DNA of 64,000 bases from Convolutriloba macropyga (GCF_964194025.1 NC_134470.1:76880001-76944000); one strand, 5' to 3'; shown: positions 14,036 through 28,115, counted from the stretch's first letter. Made by a program: numbers and translations. Notes: generated by a model not told the origin, from the letters alone.

Positions 14036-17000
14036 AGTGAAATATTTTTTCCTCAGCCTTGACTGGGTAGCAAAAAATTGCCGGTTAGAGGTTGATATTG
14101 CAAAATTGGATTCAGAAATTGGTTTTTAACCCTAAATTTATCCAGCCACATGATGGTGATTTTGCGCATTCATTTTTTACCCTCAATCAAGGTGCATTAA
14201 GCAGCCTTCACCCCTCCTCCTTACCCCTCGCCCACCTTAAAATGTACCCTTTGTGTACATATCCCCGCAACTTATCAAATTGCAACATAGATAGGCCGTA
14301 TGCGGACTGGGTTACAAACAGGGTATTCGGTATTCCTGAAAAGGAAGAAAACCAACCCGAGTGAAATAAAAAAAAACAAATAAACTAACTTAGCACAACA
14401 TACAGAAAACGGTATATAGCTATTCAGCAGGCCTGTGTTGCCTTTTTTGTCAACATACAGCTATGTTGAAAATGATTAACATGGGGGGAAATAAACAAAA
14501 GAGGGAAAAGCGGAGGAGGAAATTCAGAGAGCGGCTAAGGGTACCATAAAATAGCAATATATAATCCCCCCACTCTGTGTTGTGTATATATGGTCGCTAT
14601 AAGAGCAAATGTAGCGAGCAGAGTATTGCGCTTATTTTATTTCGCTTCTTTTTATATTTTGGTTTTGGGGATTATTACGGCACACAACACCGTGTCTTGA
14701 ATGGAATTACCAAAATTATTTTGTTCACATTTTTTTCACATTCCCCCCGTCACCTCCAAAAACACCAGAATTATTTTAAAAAGTGTCACTATTTTCCTAC
14801 CAAAGTGTGAAAGCTTTTCCCAGGTTGAAAAATCCACTCCAATTTTCCCAAACCTGAACTGCGCGGAATTGCGCTAAATTAAGTTGTATAAATTGTCTTT
14901 AAAGAAGTGACGGTAGGTTAATGTTTCATCTATATAGTTTAAATGGACGGTTATCGACAATCATTACCCTAAAATAACAACATATCCAAAAATCAAACAT
15001 TTCACGTCAACTTTGTTTATCGTCAATGTTTATATCAAAAAAAATTACCTAATTTTGTATCGAGTTTCAAGTTTCAACTTTCGAAAACTTTGCTAACTTT
15101 TATCTCAGTACATTCATATCATTTTTGTGCTTTTTTACAACTCAAAGTTCGTTTGATATTGAGTGTTCTCAGATTGCCGAAAAAATTTGAACCAAATTAT
15201 TACAACAACGATTATGTTCACATTTTTGGCCTCTGATTACATCACATAGCGTCTCTGGTGAATTCGAAAAAAAAACGATGAACAGAGTTTATTACTTTTG
15301 CTTGTTATGATTTTGCGATGTTATGATAGTTTATTATTCATAACTCGGCTGTGTTATATCTATCACCAGATTGTTTCGGCTTATCATCAACATATACGTT
15401 TATGCATGTACACCTTTCTAATATTTTTGTGTCTTTTCAATGCGATGCTCGCTTTAGTTATTTCTGAACCAAATTATTGTCAATAGTTTTTTTGTTGTAA
15501 TAACCAAAACTTACTATAACCAAATAAGTTATTTTAGCATTATTACGATTCTTATTTTCATCAGAGCTTTAGCTTTGCTCTTGCTAAGCTGAAAGCATTG
15601 CCAAATATAATCACGCAAAATCATATCAGAGCGCATAAGTATCAATTTTATATGTTATTGCGTTTCGTTTTGTTAACTTATAAACAAAATTGGTCTTTTT
15701 TCGAATACTTTTTCTTAATTCTTGTGCCAAAAAGTTTGTGTTCACTTTTTGCTCTTTACTATATTGCGTTGCGTTATTGTATTTTTTCACAATTTATTTT
15801 TGCATTCTTAGCTTTTCTCTAATTATTTAGCATTGTCGTTGCTTTTGTATAATATTTTTCAATTTCACTTTCAACCATTTTGCTTACACATTCACAAACA
15901 TAAATGATATTTTGGACTGATTTTACAGTAAGCGTTAAATCACTCTTTCGGTATTATAGATTAAGTAAAACAGGCCAAGGTACCATTGGTATAAAAATTA
16001 TAGAGCAAAATATTGGACGAAATAAAAGAATACGAAAAACTACATTCATGCAGTCATAGTTGCTATATATATTAATCAAATTTTGGCACAGGTATTTAAC
16101 TAAATAACTATCGCCAGTTATAACTTAAACTCGTCGACAATTTAAGCATTTTTGTTGATTCTTGAAAATATTTTGTTTCGACTTGCTTAAACTTGGCGGA
16201 GCGAAACACGCGCATAATAACCGCAGCAGTAAAAATATCACTATATAGATAAATATCTTTGTTGGTTTTATTTGGCTATTTTATTGTTTTAGCTCTTTTT
16301 ATTCAGCAATTTTAATTACCAATTCAATTAATAATTGGAATTTTTGTATATTTCTTGGCAAGCAGAAACATATTTCTGGTTATTATCCAAATTGTCAATA
16401 TTTGCTAAACTAACATATCTTGAAACACTATCACACAAAATCGCCAAATTACAAATTTATCTAAAAATCATCATATCCGATTAAAAAATATCGCCAAAAT
16501 TATAAATTTATTGAATCAGTTATTTTGCCAAATTAATTCCGAAACTTATTCTTTGAGAACAAATTGATTGATATTGTAAAAAATTCAAATTTGCATTATT
16601 TCATTCGATTCTTGCAAAATTTTTGCTGAAACTTAAAATTACGGTGATAAAAAAGAAACTTATAAACTCTCCTAGTTATTTGACCTCTCACATTGTTATT
16701 TATAACTTGGGTAAATTATAACCAGCGGCATAGCTTTCTGAATAAAACCGAAGCGCGATTATTTAAGAACTAGAAAGTGTTGTGTGTAAATCAATTATCT
16801 CGATACACAAAATAATTTACTTAATTTCAAAGTATATCAACATTATTTCTGCCGTTATTTCAACTTTCCTATCGCAATTTTATAACTCTGATATAGCTAA
16901 TTTGCAGCGCACAAAAGCCCAGTAAAGCTAAACTGCAAGCCACTTAACTGGCCGGTTATTACAAAACGTTCCCGCTAGTTATAAATAGTAAATAAGTCCC

Positions 17001-20000
17001 AATTTATAACTTTTTATTCCTTAAGTGCGGATGATATCTCCAGCAGTTTGTTAATTATACAGTTTATTTTGCATCATCTCACTCAAATTTTGCTTTTTTG
17101 GTAAGTTTTATATTTTCGGGTGTTTCAAGCTGACATAAGCATGAGTAATATTTGTTTGTTTAGTGTTTACTTTTAAGGTGAAATTGTTATTTCAGGCTTT
17201 GATCACACTTGATGAACACGTTCTTGTGAACAGACATACAAATAATTCATACACATACATATCGACAGTATTTCATATCGAATACGCAAAAGCGAGAATT
17301 TTGCTATTTCGTCACCAAAATCGCAGAAGTCGGCTACGTTTAAAGGACTACTGCTTGACCAAAATCCACCCGAAGTCCACCCAAAATCCACCCTAATCGT
17401 CATTTGATTGGTTTGCTCTGGTTGGCATAAAATTCTGGATCTCTCATCGAAATCGGGGGAACCGTCTAACGAACTCCTCAAAGAGGTCAGACTTTTTCGA
17501 TATACTTTAGTATCTTAATGCTGGTTAAAAAAAACGCTGGGTCTATCCCCACGGGGGTTTTAAGCCCCCAGTTACAAACTAAGTATTGTTATTACGTCTT
17601 TACGTAACTAAGTAAAGAATGAGCACGTGCGCCTCGGATGGGGGGGGGGGGGGTAGATCTCCGAAATGCTTGTGTTGCTTTTGCCCTAATTAATTCAAAT
17701 TGAATTTTTTGGTCGCTTATTATTAAATTAATCTTGATCTCAAGAAAACAGCCTTCTTATTTTCAGGTCTTAATTATTTTGTTTGAGATCCTGCGCGGGA
17801 AAATAACATGTGTATTAAGTCCAGATTTTGGGGTTTTGTCCTCACATTAATGGATAACTTTTAATCACAATTAACTTATTAATAAATAATTATTAATTAG
17901 CGAAACATTAGTTCTATTATAAACACATTGAAATGGAAATTGAGATAGAAAAATTAAGACAAAGCTTTGACGTGAGACAAAAGTTAAAAGTTTAAAGAAA
18001 CCATTATTGCTAACTATAGTTAGTTTTAATCGTTAAAAATATGTCAGCTTTGTTAAAAATTTTGGCTCTTTTCTGTTATTGCCCCCCCCCCCCCCCCCAG
18101 CCTTATATAGCCAGTCTATTTGCACCTCCCAAATATGTACTTTTTGGTCCTTAGAGATCCCTTATGTTATAGTCATAATAAAATGCCGGTACCGGTAGAC
18201 GAATATATAAATTTTTGTTTCCAGTGTCAAAAAAAAAATTAGTGTCATTAAGCTAAACAAGCAATAACAGAAAAGAGCCAAAATTTTCGAGTCGTTTGAA
18301 TTTAGAAAATATTCTTTTTGGGACTTGAAATTTTTGCTATATTTCAACATATTCGCCTGTAAGTAAACTGAAACAGTTCAATTCAAGTTTCCTTTCTAGT
18401 GTTTATTTGCTAAGACGATGAATGTTTTAAAACGAAACAAAAGTGCCGATTTTGTCGCTACATTTTTTTAGCAAATATACAAAACTGCGTATACCTCCTC
18501 CATAGTGAAATATTGTATGTTGAAAGCTGTAATTTTTCCATCTTTATAGCTAATTTTTCCTCTTTCGCTCTAAGACGCAATAGAATTCCTTTAACATAGA
18601 ATGTATTTGTATTTCACAAAAAAATTATAGTGGATAAAATTTTCCGCGTTTTTGTCCAATTTTTGCAAAAAAATTTTGCGCAATAAAACTAACAGCAGAT
18701 GTTGCGTTCAAATAATAATATTTTTATTCTATTTTGGCTCGCAACCAAATATTCAAATTCAACTTCTTATCAGCCATAAATATAGTTATATATAGGCCCT
18801 GTTAAGGTTACATCTCGAAATGAAATCTTGTGAAATACTCTTTAATATATTTGTAAACTCATAGCCTGAGAAATGATTTCATTTCAGTTTAAGATACCGC
18901 TTGAACAAATATTATATCAGCCTGTATTTCAACACATTTGATGTAGAATTCAGAATATATAGCTAATATAGACTGCACTACTGTTTAAAATGGTAGCTGT
19001 TTGGTTATTATGTTTTGCAGTTTTATATCGTGGTTATGGTGCTATTATAAAACAATAACTGTCGCAATATAGCTCTATGTCGATAGCTAGATTTTATTAT
19101 TTTCCTTCAAAACGACGTTTTTAAATCTTCAAAATGGAAAGTCTTGCGACATAAAAGCCGAATGGAATTCGAAAGGTACGTGGATAGTTTTTTAAAACTC
19201 GCAACCGTTGTTTTGAACTCAATTATTAAACGAAATAAGGCTCATTTTAAAGAGAATTATTTAAAAAAAATTGGGGAGTCATTATATCTCATATGACCTT
19301 TCATCATTACTAGGATTATGTATATATCGGAAATAGACAACGATTATCAATCCATGGAAACAAAATCTTCTACGGTCGTCACTATAATTAATTTTATTTT
19401 TAATAGCCGCACAGCGATAGCTGGGGCTATTATTGGCCTTCTCTTGGTTTATTTTTTTTTCGTCGTCATGATTTTTGTTACGACCATATGACGTCACAGC
19501 CACTTTTTGTTCATTCGTTCATGCAATTTCAACTGAATTGCATGTGTGACGTCATTTTTCGCTCTTAGTGGAGCGAGTTTTTTTGTTCATGCGCGTGATT
19601 AAATTTTTGGTCACACTTGACTTACCTCACTCTCAAAAATGACTTCCTCACTTTGAAATTGACTCTTATTTACTTTAATTCAAAGAGATAAGGTCAAATG
19701 GGTGTGTGTCACTCTAAATGAAGGTTATTTGAGATCAGCTAATAGAGGCAGCAATAACTTATACAGATTTTCAATCAAAATATAACAGATCAGCCTTCAA
19801 TGAAAAGACGAATTTTTTTGGTCTGTTTTTTTTAGACTGCCGATCTACGAATCTATTGCGGCTATTTTCTGGCAATCTGCCGGCTATGTTTTGAAATTTT
19901 TGTGAAAAAAACATTCAATCAAAAAATTTGATAAGTTAAGGGCTAAAAGATGCAAGTTTTTAATTGAAATTTGTATTAGCTAGCATGCAATCAAAAAAAG

Positions 20001-20109
20001 GATGCTCGTGCGACAATTCATAGCCAAAGAATACGCATGAAATAAAGTATAATTTTGGGAGTGAACTACATTAAGATTTCGGTATAATTCAGTAGCATAT
20101 TGTTTCTCA

Positions 20110-21203
20110 ATGTACTCTTGGTCGAGTTTGTTTAAATAAACTTTTAATTTTTTAAATGTATATCAACCATTTCCTAGAAAAAATGGGGAAAAAAGGACGT
20201 TTTACAGTTTGCAGATGATGCATGCATTATTTGTCATTCCAAATCCGATGAAAATCTCTTATGCGAAAGTAAGAGTGTATGTGAAAATACTGACAGTTAC
20301 ATGAGGCAGAATATGCTAACTTTAAACCGAGATAAAACAGAAATTGTGGTTTTTTCAAAAAATGGTGAATCCAAAATTTAACAATTGCCTTATGATGGAA
20401 TTTTTTCATAGAGTCAAAAACAAGTTGTTGTTATTTAGGTATAATGATTGATAACAATCTAAATTTTGACACACAGCTAAACAAAACTCTAACGAAAATG
20501 GCAAATACTATTAGGTCAATTTTTTTAGTAAGACATCTTCTACCATTAAAAGCAGGAATCGGTCTTTTGAAGTCACTTGTTTTTTTCCCATCTCAAAATC
20601 AGTGCAATTTTTTCGAATCGTTGTCGTTTATGTCACTTCAGAGAGTTAATAGACAAATAAAGTGGGGACTAAAGGGTTGCCACCTGCACAAAGAGTTTGA
20701 CAGTGCAAGAGATCTATTATTGAAAGACAAAATTTTACCAGCAGAGCTTTTTATTAAAAAAAGTTGTCTTCTCAAATTTTTCGACCTCTCACAATATAAA
20801 GAAAGCAGTCGAGAAGCCCAAAACTCCTCATTCAGGATTTTTGGAAAGTACGAATTGACCAAAAACACCCAACTGTCCAAACTTTTCCAAAGATTAAGTG
20901 ACAGTCTCAATGAAGTGACAGGTCACTGATCAGAAATTTTTTTAGGAAGTGGAAAAATTTCCAAATCGATATCTGAAAAAATTTTTTTAAAAAATTTAAG
21001 GAAAAACTAAGCAGCAAAATGGTCAAAGTGTATGAATGTGTTCTAATAGATAGACAAGTAAGATGCTTTAGGATTTTATTCTACTGAAGTATAAAGACCA
21101 AACTATTCACATATCTACGAGGCGATTTTGAAAATGTAATTATTTAAACAAACGTTCCTGCTGTGTTTATAACTTTGAATTTAATTTTTTGATGAATAAA
21201 AAA
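20110..21203 (+). mobile_element. 5'-truncated non-LTR retrotransposon (CR1/L2-group-like) RT 3' fragment
   Basis: LQFADD at ~20202-20219, NMLTLNRDKTEIVVF, YLGIMIDNNLNF (ORF 20444-20929), AATAAA plus A run at ~21195-21203. Confidence 0.8.
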
Positions 21204-21751
21204 CTAGGCTCTAACAAGTCTCACCTGCAGCAGACTAAAGTTTTTGGAGAATCTTTTTTAAAAGATGGCAAAACGTTTTAGTTTCTCTGACAAGATAACA
21301 ATGCCTCTTTTGCGGTAGTTAAGCAAATTTGCGCTGTAAAGCAGCCGCAGATGTTATTTCAAACAACTTGTAAAGCATAGCGAATTTAAATAAGAGATTT
21401 TTTGCTCTTAGTTGAAAAATACAGTCCCAATATTGATGATTGATCGCTAATTTTCTTGATTTTTGGGGTGTTGCCTTGTTGCCTGTGTGTCGTTTTGTTT
21501 TGTAATCTTACGACTTATTACCTTGAATTCCTCTTTCGCTCTAAGACGCAATAGAATTCCTATAACATAGAATGTATTTGTATTTCACAAAAAAATTACA
21601 GTGGATAAATTTTCCGCGTTTTTGTCCAATTTTTGCAAAAAAATTTTGCGCAATAAAACTAACAGCAGATGTTGCGTTCAAATAATAATATTTTTATTCT
21701 ATTTTGGCTCGCAACCAAATATTCAAATTCAACTTCTTATCAGCCATAAAT

Positions 21752-22247
21752 GGTTACGTGACAATTTACCCAATTCCATTTTACCCAATGCCATTTTACC
21801 CGACGCCATTTTACCCAACCTGCCATTTTACCCAATGCCATTTTACCCAATGCCATTTTACCGAATACCAACTTACCCAATGCTCTTTGATCTTTTCGTT
21901 CAATTATCCTATAACAAATTAGCAGTCGCTATTAGAAGGATGATTTAAAATATTTGTGGACAATATAATCCCATGTTCGGTTGTGATAGTTTCATATCAA
22001 GTCCCACGGGCCATTTAATTATATAATCGGCTAATCCCATGTTCGGTTGTGATAGTTTCATATCAAGTCCCACGGGCCATTTATATTATAGTCGGCTAAA
22101 TAGTCGTTCTGGTTAATTTAGCAAGGAGGTAAATTGGGTAAGTTGGCATTGGGTAAAATGGCATTGGGTAAAATGGCAGGTTGGGTAAAATGGCATTGGG
22201 TATAATGGCATTGGGTAAAATGGAATTGGGTAAATTGTCCTGACACC
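21752..22247. mobile_element. 496-bp foldback/Mutator-like MITE with 9-bp TSD
   Basis: TSD GCCATAAAT at 21743-21751 and 22248-22256; empty site at 18773-18781; GG...CC ends; TIRs >100 bp built from 15-bp TTTTACCCAATGCCA units. Confidence 0.92.
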
Positions 22248-23587
22248 GCCATAAATATAGTTATATAGGCCCTGTTAAGGTTACAGCTCGAAATGAAATC
22301 TAGTGAAATACTCTTTAATATATTTGTAAACTCATAGCCTGAGAAATGATTTCATTTCAGTTTAAGATACCGATTGAACAAATATTACATCAGCCTGTAT
22401 TTCAACACATTTGATGTAGAATTCAGAATATATAGCTAATATAGACTGCACTACTGTTTAAAATGGTAGCTGTTTGGTTATTATGTTTTGTAGTTTTATA
22501 TCGTGGTTATGGTGCTGTTATTATAAAACAATAACTGTCGCAATATAGCTCTATGTCGATAGCTAGATTTTATTATTTTCCTTCAAAACGACGTTTTTAA
22601 ATCTTCAAAATGGAAAGTCTTGCGACATAAAAGCCGAATGGAATTCGAAAGGTACGTGGATAGTTTTTTAAAACTCGCAACCGTTGTTTTGAACTCAATT
22701 ATTAAACGAAATAAGGCTCATTTTAAAGAGAATTATTTAAAAAAAATTGGGGAGTCATTATATCTCATATGACCTTTCATCATTACTAGGATTATGTATA
22801 TATCGGAAATAGACAACGATTATCAATCCATGGAAACAAAATCGTCTACGGTCGTCACTATAATTAATTTTATTTTTAATAGCCGCACAGCGATAGCTGG
22901 GGCTATTATTGGCCTTCTCTTGGTTTATTTTTTTTTCGTCGTCATGATTTTTGTTACGACCATATGACGTCACAGCCACTTTTTGTTCATTCGTTCATGC
23001 AATTTCAACTGAATTGCATGTGTGACGTCATTTTTCGCTCTTAGTGGAGCGAGTTTTTTTGTTCATGCGCGTGATTAAATTTTTGGTCACACTTGACTTA
23101 CCTTACTCTCAAAAATGACTTCCTCACTTTGAAATTGACTCTTATTTACTTTAATTCAAAGAGATAAGGTCAAATGGGTGTGTGTCACTCTAAATGAAGG
23201 TTATTTGAGATCAGCTAATAGAGGCAGCAATAACTTATACAGATTTTCAATCAAAATATAACAGATCAGCCTTCAATGAAAAGACGAATTTTTTTGGTCT
23301 GTTTTTTTTAGACTGCCGATCTACGAATCTATTGCGGCTATTTTCTGGCAATCTGCCGGCTATGTTTTGAAATTTTTGTGAAAAAAACATTCAATCAAAA
23401 AATTTGATAAGTTAAGGGCTAAAAGATGCAAGTTTTTAATTGAAATTTGTATTAGCTAGCATGCAATCAAAAAAAAGGATGCTCGTGCGACAATTCATAG
23501 CCAAAGAATACGCATGAAATAAAGTATAATTTTGGGAGTGAACTACATTAAGATTTCGGTATAATTCAGTAGCATATTGTTTCTCAA

Positions 23588-24681
23588 TGTACTCTTGGTC
23601 GAGTTTGTTTAAATAAACTTTTAATTTTTTTAAATGTATATCAACCATTTCCTAGAAAAAATGGGGAAAAAAGGACGTTTTACAGTTTGCAGATGATGCA
23701 TGCATTATTTGTCATTCCAAATCCGATGAAAATCTCTTATGCGAAAGTAAGAGTGTATGTGAAAATACTGACAGTTACATGAGGCAGAATATGCTAACTT
23801 TAAACCGAGATAAAACAGAAATTGTGGTTTTTTCAAAAAATGGTGAATCCAAAATTTAACAATTGCCTTATGATGGAATTTTTTCATAGAGTCAAAAACA
23901 AGTTGTTGTTATTTAGGTATAATGATTGATAACAATCTAAATTTTGACACACAGCTAAACAAAACTCTAACGAAAATGGCAAATACTATTAGGTCAATTT
24001 TTTTAGTAAGACATCTTCTACCATTAAAAGCAGGAATCGGTCTTTTGAAGTCACTTGTTTTTTTCCCATCTCAAAATCAGTGCAATTTTTTCGAATCGTT
24101 GTCGTTTATGTCACTTCAGAGAGTTAATAGACAAATAAAGTGGGGAATAAAGGGTTGCCACCTGCACAAAGAGTTTGACAGTGCAAGAGATCTATTATTG
24201 AAAGACAAAATTTTACCAGCAGAGCTTTTTATTAAAAAAAGTTGTCTTCTCAAATTTTTCGACCTCTCACAATATAAAGAAAGCAGTCGAGAAGCCCAAA
24301 ACTCCTCATTCGGGATTTTTGGAAAGTACGAATTGACCAAAAACACCCAACTGTCCAAACTTTTCCAAAGATTAAGTGACAGTCTCAATGAAGTGACAGG
24401 TCACTGATCAGAAATTTTTTTAGGAAGTGGAAAAATTTACAAATCGATATCTGAAAAAATTTTTTAAAAAAATTTAAGGAAAAACTAAGCAGCAAAATGG
24501 TCAAAGTGTATGAATGTGTTCTAATAGATAGACAAGTAAGATGCTTTAGGATTTTATTCTACTGAAGTATAAAGACCAAACTATTCACATATCTACGAGG
24601 CGATTTTGAAAATGTAATTATTTAAACAAACGTTCCTGCTGTGTTTATAACTTTGAATTTAATTTTTTGATGAATAAAAAA
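23588..24681 (+). mobile_element. Second copy of the non-LTR RT fragment, produced by the tandem duplication
   Basis: Near-identical to 20110-21203; ORF 23922-24407. Confidence 0.8.
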
Positions 24682-27517
24682 CTAGGCTCTAACAAGTCTC
24701 ACCTGCAGCAGACTAAAGTTTTTGGAGAATCTTTTTTAAAAGATGGCAAAACGTTTTAGTTTCTCTGACAAGATAACAATGCCTCTTTTGCGGTAGTTAA
24801 GCAAATTTGCGCTGTAAAGCAGCCGCAGATGTTATTTCAAACAACTTGTAAAGCATAGCGAATTTAAATAAGAGATTTTTTGCTCTTAGTTGAAAAATAC
24901 AGTCCCAATATTGATGATTGATCGCTAATTTTCTTGATTTTTGGAGTGTTGCCTTGTTGCCTGTGTGTCGTTTTGTTTTGTAATCTTACGACTTATTACC
25001 TTGAAACAAAAATCTTTCGGTCTTCTTTAAAAGCTATACGGGAACCTATCTAATGTTTTGAATTGATACCTAATGACTCTTTTGACTTGGAAAATAGTTT
25101 ACCTTGAATATAATATGTGTCTGCATAGTATCTTTAAAAAATTTAATGCTGGTTGATGTTCTTGGTTCTTTTTATTGTTTTCATCAGAATCCGTTTAATT
25201 ACAAGTCACATTGATTTGAAAAATAGAGCAAAATGAACATATAAACACTTTTCATTTAATAGCCAATGATTATGATGACTTAAATACTTTGTAGTAGTTT
25301 TTTTTAGATTTTGCCTGTATTTGTTGTTATTCGGTATTTCCATCTCTTTGCCTCAATAATGACAGGTCACCTTGGTTTCCTATGGTGTTATATGCGTATC
25401 AATTTAGTACTTTTTCATTTAAAAACTCATTGTTATCATTATTATGGAGTTATTTGGTTTCCAAAGTTCAATGGTTTTTTTTTAAATTTGTTCCCTTTTA
25501 CTTATTATTGCTGACATGCCACGTAGTCTCATTAATGACAACTTCTTTTTTTCTAGTGAAAAAAGTCATATTAAAAAAAATGTTTTATCTAACATTCTCT
25601 TGATTTTCTCATGAATTGTTTTTAAAATTATATATTGCGCTTTGGTCGTAAATCAAGCTTTTTTCGTTTATAATGCTGTTTCTGTTATCTCGTAGTCTCA
25701 GTCTCCATAATGACAGGTCTCATCGGCACTATAATACTATAAAGCAACTTGGCATTATTATCTTGCTTGATGGTTTGAGATTCTAAATTTTTTGCTTAAG
25801 CACCAAATATTTTTGGTACTTAAGGTGTGCGGGGTGGGGCTATAATGTGCAAACGTACATTGAAAGCCTTCTGGTTTGAGATAATGCTAGATATGAGCAA
25901 TTTGTTTGAAAAGTGACCAAAATTTTTTCCTTTTTTGTAAAATTGAAATTCAAGATGCAATCGCTGGTAAATAAAGTTTGTCTTGAACTTTCAAATTCTT
26001 CAGTGGCTTCTCTTTATAACCAGTTATGGCGTTGAGTTGATTTGCAAAATCAAAGAGACCCGAATAGGCTGCCATTCTCTTAAAAGGGGGCCGGTCCTCA
26101 AAGCTGGCTGATACTGACAATGGTCATCCAAGTGCTTTAAAAATTGTTTTTGGCAATTATTTTTGACTGAATTAGTTCTCAATTTTCCAAGATTGACATC
26201 TTAAACAATTTTGGCATAAATTTTTTGAAAGTGTAGTGACCGTCGAATTATAAAGTTTGTTTTATACATTGAAAAGTCATTAATCAGTTGTTCAAAGGAT
26301 TTACATTTTAACTACTTTAACAGAATAAATATTAACTTGTCCTGAAAAATTTTTAAAATGGACTATTTCGGGGTGAATATAGTTCGAAATGATTCATCAA
26401 GCCTCATTTCAACATCAAGATTGAACTTGAAATTTTGTTAAAGTTGTTTGTGAATTAGAGATTTTGGTTCCTAACTTTTGCGACTTATTATTTGTGTCAT
26501 CAACAAATAATATTTGAGCTGATTTGATAGATGTCAAACATTTCAAAACGCCTTTATGTTTGCGTAATATCATTACGTAACAGACATCCCATTATGTAAT
26601 ATCTCGCAATACTAATATTGATGTATATAGACTTTTGCTATCACATGAAATATTCTTTGCCTAACCAGTGGGTTCAAAATCAGTTAAATTGGATGGATTA
26701 GTTGCTCAGAGATTTTGTGCCTAGATTTACCAAGACTATATTTAAACATATTGTTATAGAATGCCGATTTATGGAAAATTCCTAAACTTTGTTTAAACAT
26801 GATATGCAACAAGTTGCTTTTGAAATAATTGAACTTATGAACTGTGATACCTGTTGCCTAACCAGAAAGCTCCCCGATTGGTTAATTTTCTGGGCTGTTG
26901 TTTGTTCATAAACACTTTAACCAAGTTTTCTGTAACTTTTATCAGTTGCTATATGGTATGGATGTCCAAATATGAACACGTATGGCGTGATTGTTGTCGA
27001 AAGAATGAGAAATAAAGTCATGTCAGACTATGGGGTCTGTTTGTTCAGCTCTAACAAGGTCTTTAATATTTATTTCTTCAAATCGGGTCACTCTAATATT
27101 GTATGACAAAACTATTTCTAGATCGGTTAGCGATCAACACGTTATCTGCAACTTAATTGCAACTAGATTGACTCGGTTCTAGTCCTTAGATTATTTAGAA
27201 ACATTTATACAGAATTTCATCGAAAGCTAGTGTTGGCTTTTCATCTAAACATTGTTGAAACTCGCATCTTAGATTATTTAGAGAAGTTTCCTTATTGTTA
27301 TTTCAACACAGCTTGCGATTGGAGTAAACTAAACATTTTCCCTGAGGTCGTAATTAACTAGACTTACCTGTTACTAACTTGGTTATAAATAAATAAATAC
27401 CCACTGTCTTATCCTGATAGGGTTTGTCAACTCGAGTTCGAGTTCGATAAATGTTATTTTGGTCTCATTCGGATAATGTATGCTATAGTAAACCCCGGAC
27501 CGTTGCTTCAGCTTAGA

Positions 27518-27824
27518 ATGGTGGGACTAGACGCAGGAATTATGGAACATATAAGTCACTACGCAAACGGATTCCTGAATAATTCGGGGGCTTTTGCAAC
27601 GTCGGGGGCTTTGATTCCCTCCCCACCGAGCAAAGCAGTAGCTGCCGAAATTGACCTGGAGGATACAGAAGAAGTTGGGCTAAATTTGACACAGCCGAGC
27701 AAAGTTGGGCGTGTGGGGGACGATGAAGTTTCTCCCCAGCCGATGTCATTGACGAAGAATGAACAAACCCACCTCCATCACCACCATCACCATCATGAGA
27801 ATTCTAAAGGACAGTGCACAAAAG
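27518..27824 (+). CDS. MADF-BESS transcription factor, coding exon 1 (low-complexity N-terminus with His run); an in-frame upstream ATG at 27476 is an alternative start
   Basis: Part of ORF 27476-27859, GC-richer than its flanks. A TTCAG acceptor-like site ends at 27511, just before ATG 27518. Donor AAAG|GTAAAT at 27824/27825 is phase 1 and joins in frame to the acceptor ATTAG| at 28435. Confidence 0.75.
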
Positions 27825-28042
27825 GTAAATTTCAGGTGACATTTACAGAAAAAATTTAGTTTGTATGTTGTTAGACGGTTGAGAGAGAACAATGTAAATT
27901 GTTCATAAAAAAAGCTTTACCTAGCTTGACAAGAAGCTCTACTTGTTCAGCGTATACTTGGCTAGAGAATCGAAGCCTTGAGGAACAAGAAAGAGCGTAA
28001 GAACGGGTTATAAGAGATGCCCAAGTTCGAGAGCTTAATTAA

Positions 28043-28115
28043 GACTAGTTGGTGTAAATGGGTAGCACACTAGGCATGCAAGTAAGAGATGCTGGTTCGA
28101 ATCCAGTACTGGTCC
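28043..28115 (+). ncRNA. tRNA-like element (tRNA pseudogene or SINE head, TGC at the anticodon position) in an intron of the MADF-BESS gene
   Basis: Acceptor stem GACTAGT/ACTGGTC, D stem GTGT/GCAC, T arm GCTGG-TTCGAAT-CCAGT, downstream T runs; the anticodon stem CTAGG/GTAAG does not pair well. Confidence 0.65.

Larger units (their letters stand above)
18557..25005. repeat. Recent tandem duplication: unit 1 18557-21527 (2971 bp), unit 2 21528-25005 (3478 bp, carries a MITE)
   Basis: About 99% identity; duplicated ORFs at offset 3476-3478; junction CCTTGAA|TTCCTCTTTCGC. Confidence 0.95.

Noticed and set aside
19282-19503. Identical 73-aa ORFs at 19282 and 22758, and other paired short ORFs (32120/33515, 54765/59906)
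   Set aside because: Identity is explained by recent duplication; no domain similarity or coding-like composition.
21601-21948. ORFs with PFYPM / ILPNA peptide repeats
   Set aside because: They are translations of the 15-bp TIR subrepeats of the MITE and are absent from the paralogous empty site.
21765-22240. Regular short repeats (also TTCACCGC and ATAAGAT arrays elsewhere) as CRISPR-like arrays
   Set aside because: No constant repeat with unique spacers of fixed length, no cas genes, and a eukaryotic intron-containing context.
28043-28115. Functional tRNA-Ala(TGC)
   Set aside because: The anticodon stem is largely unpaired and the base before TGC is A rather than the conserved U33.
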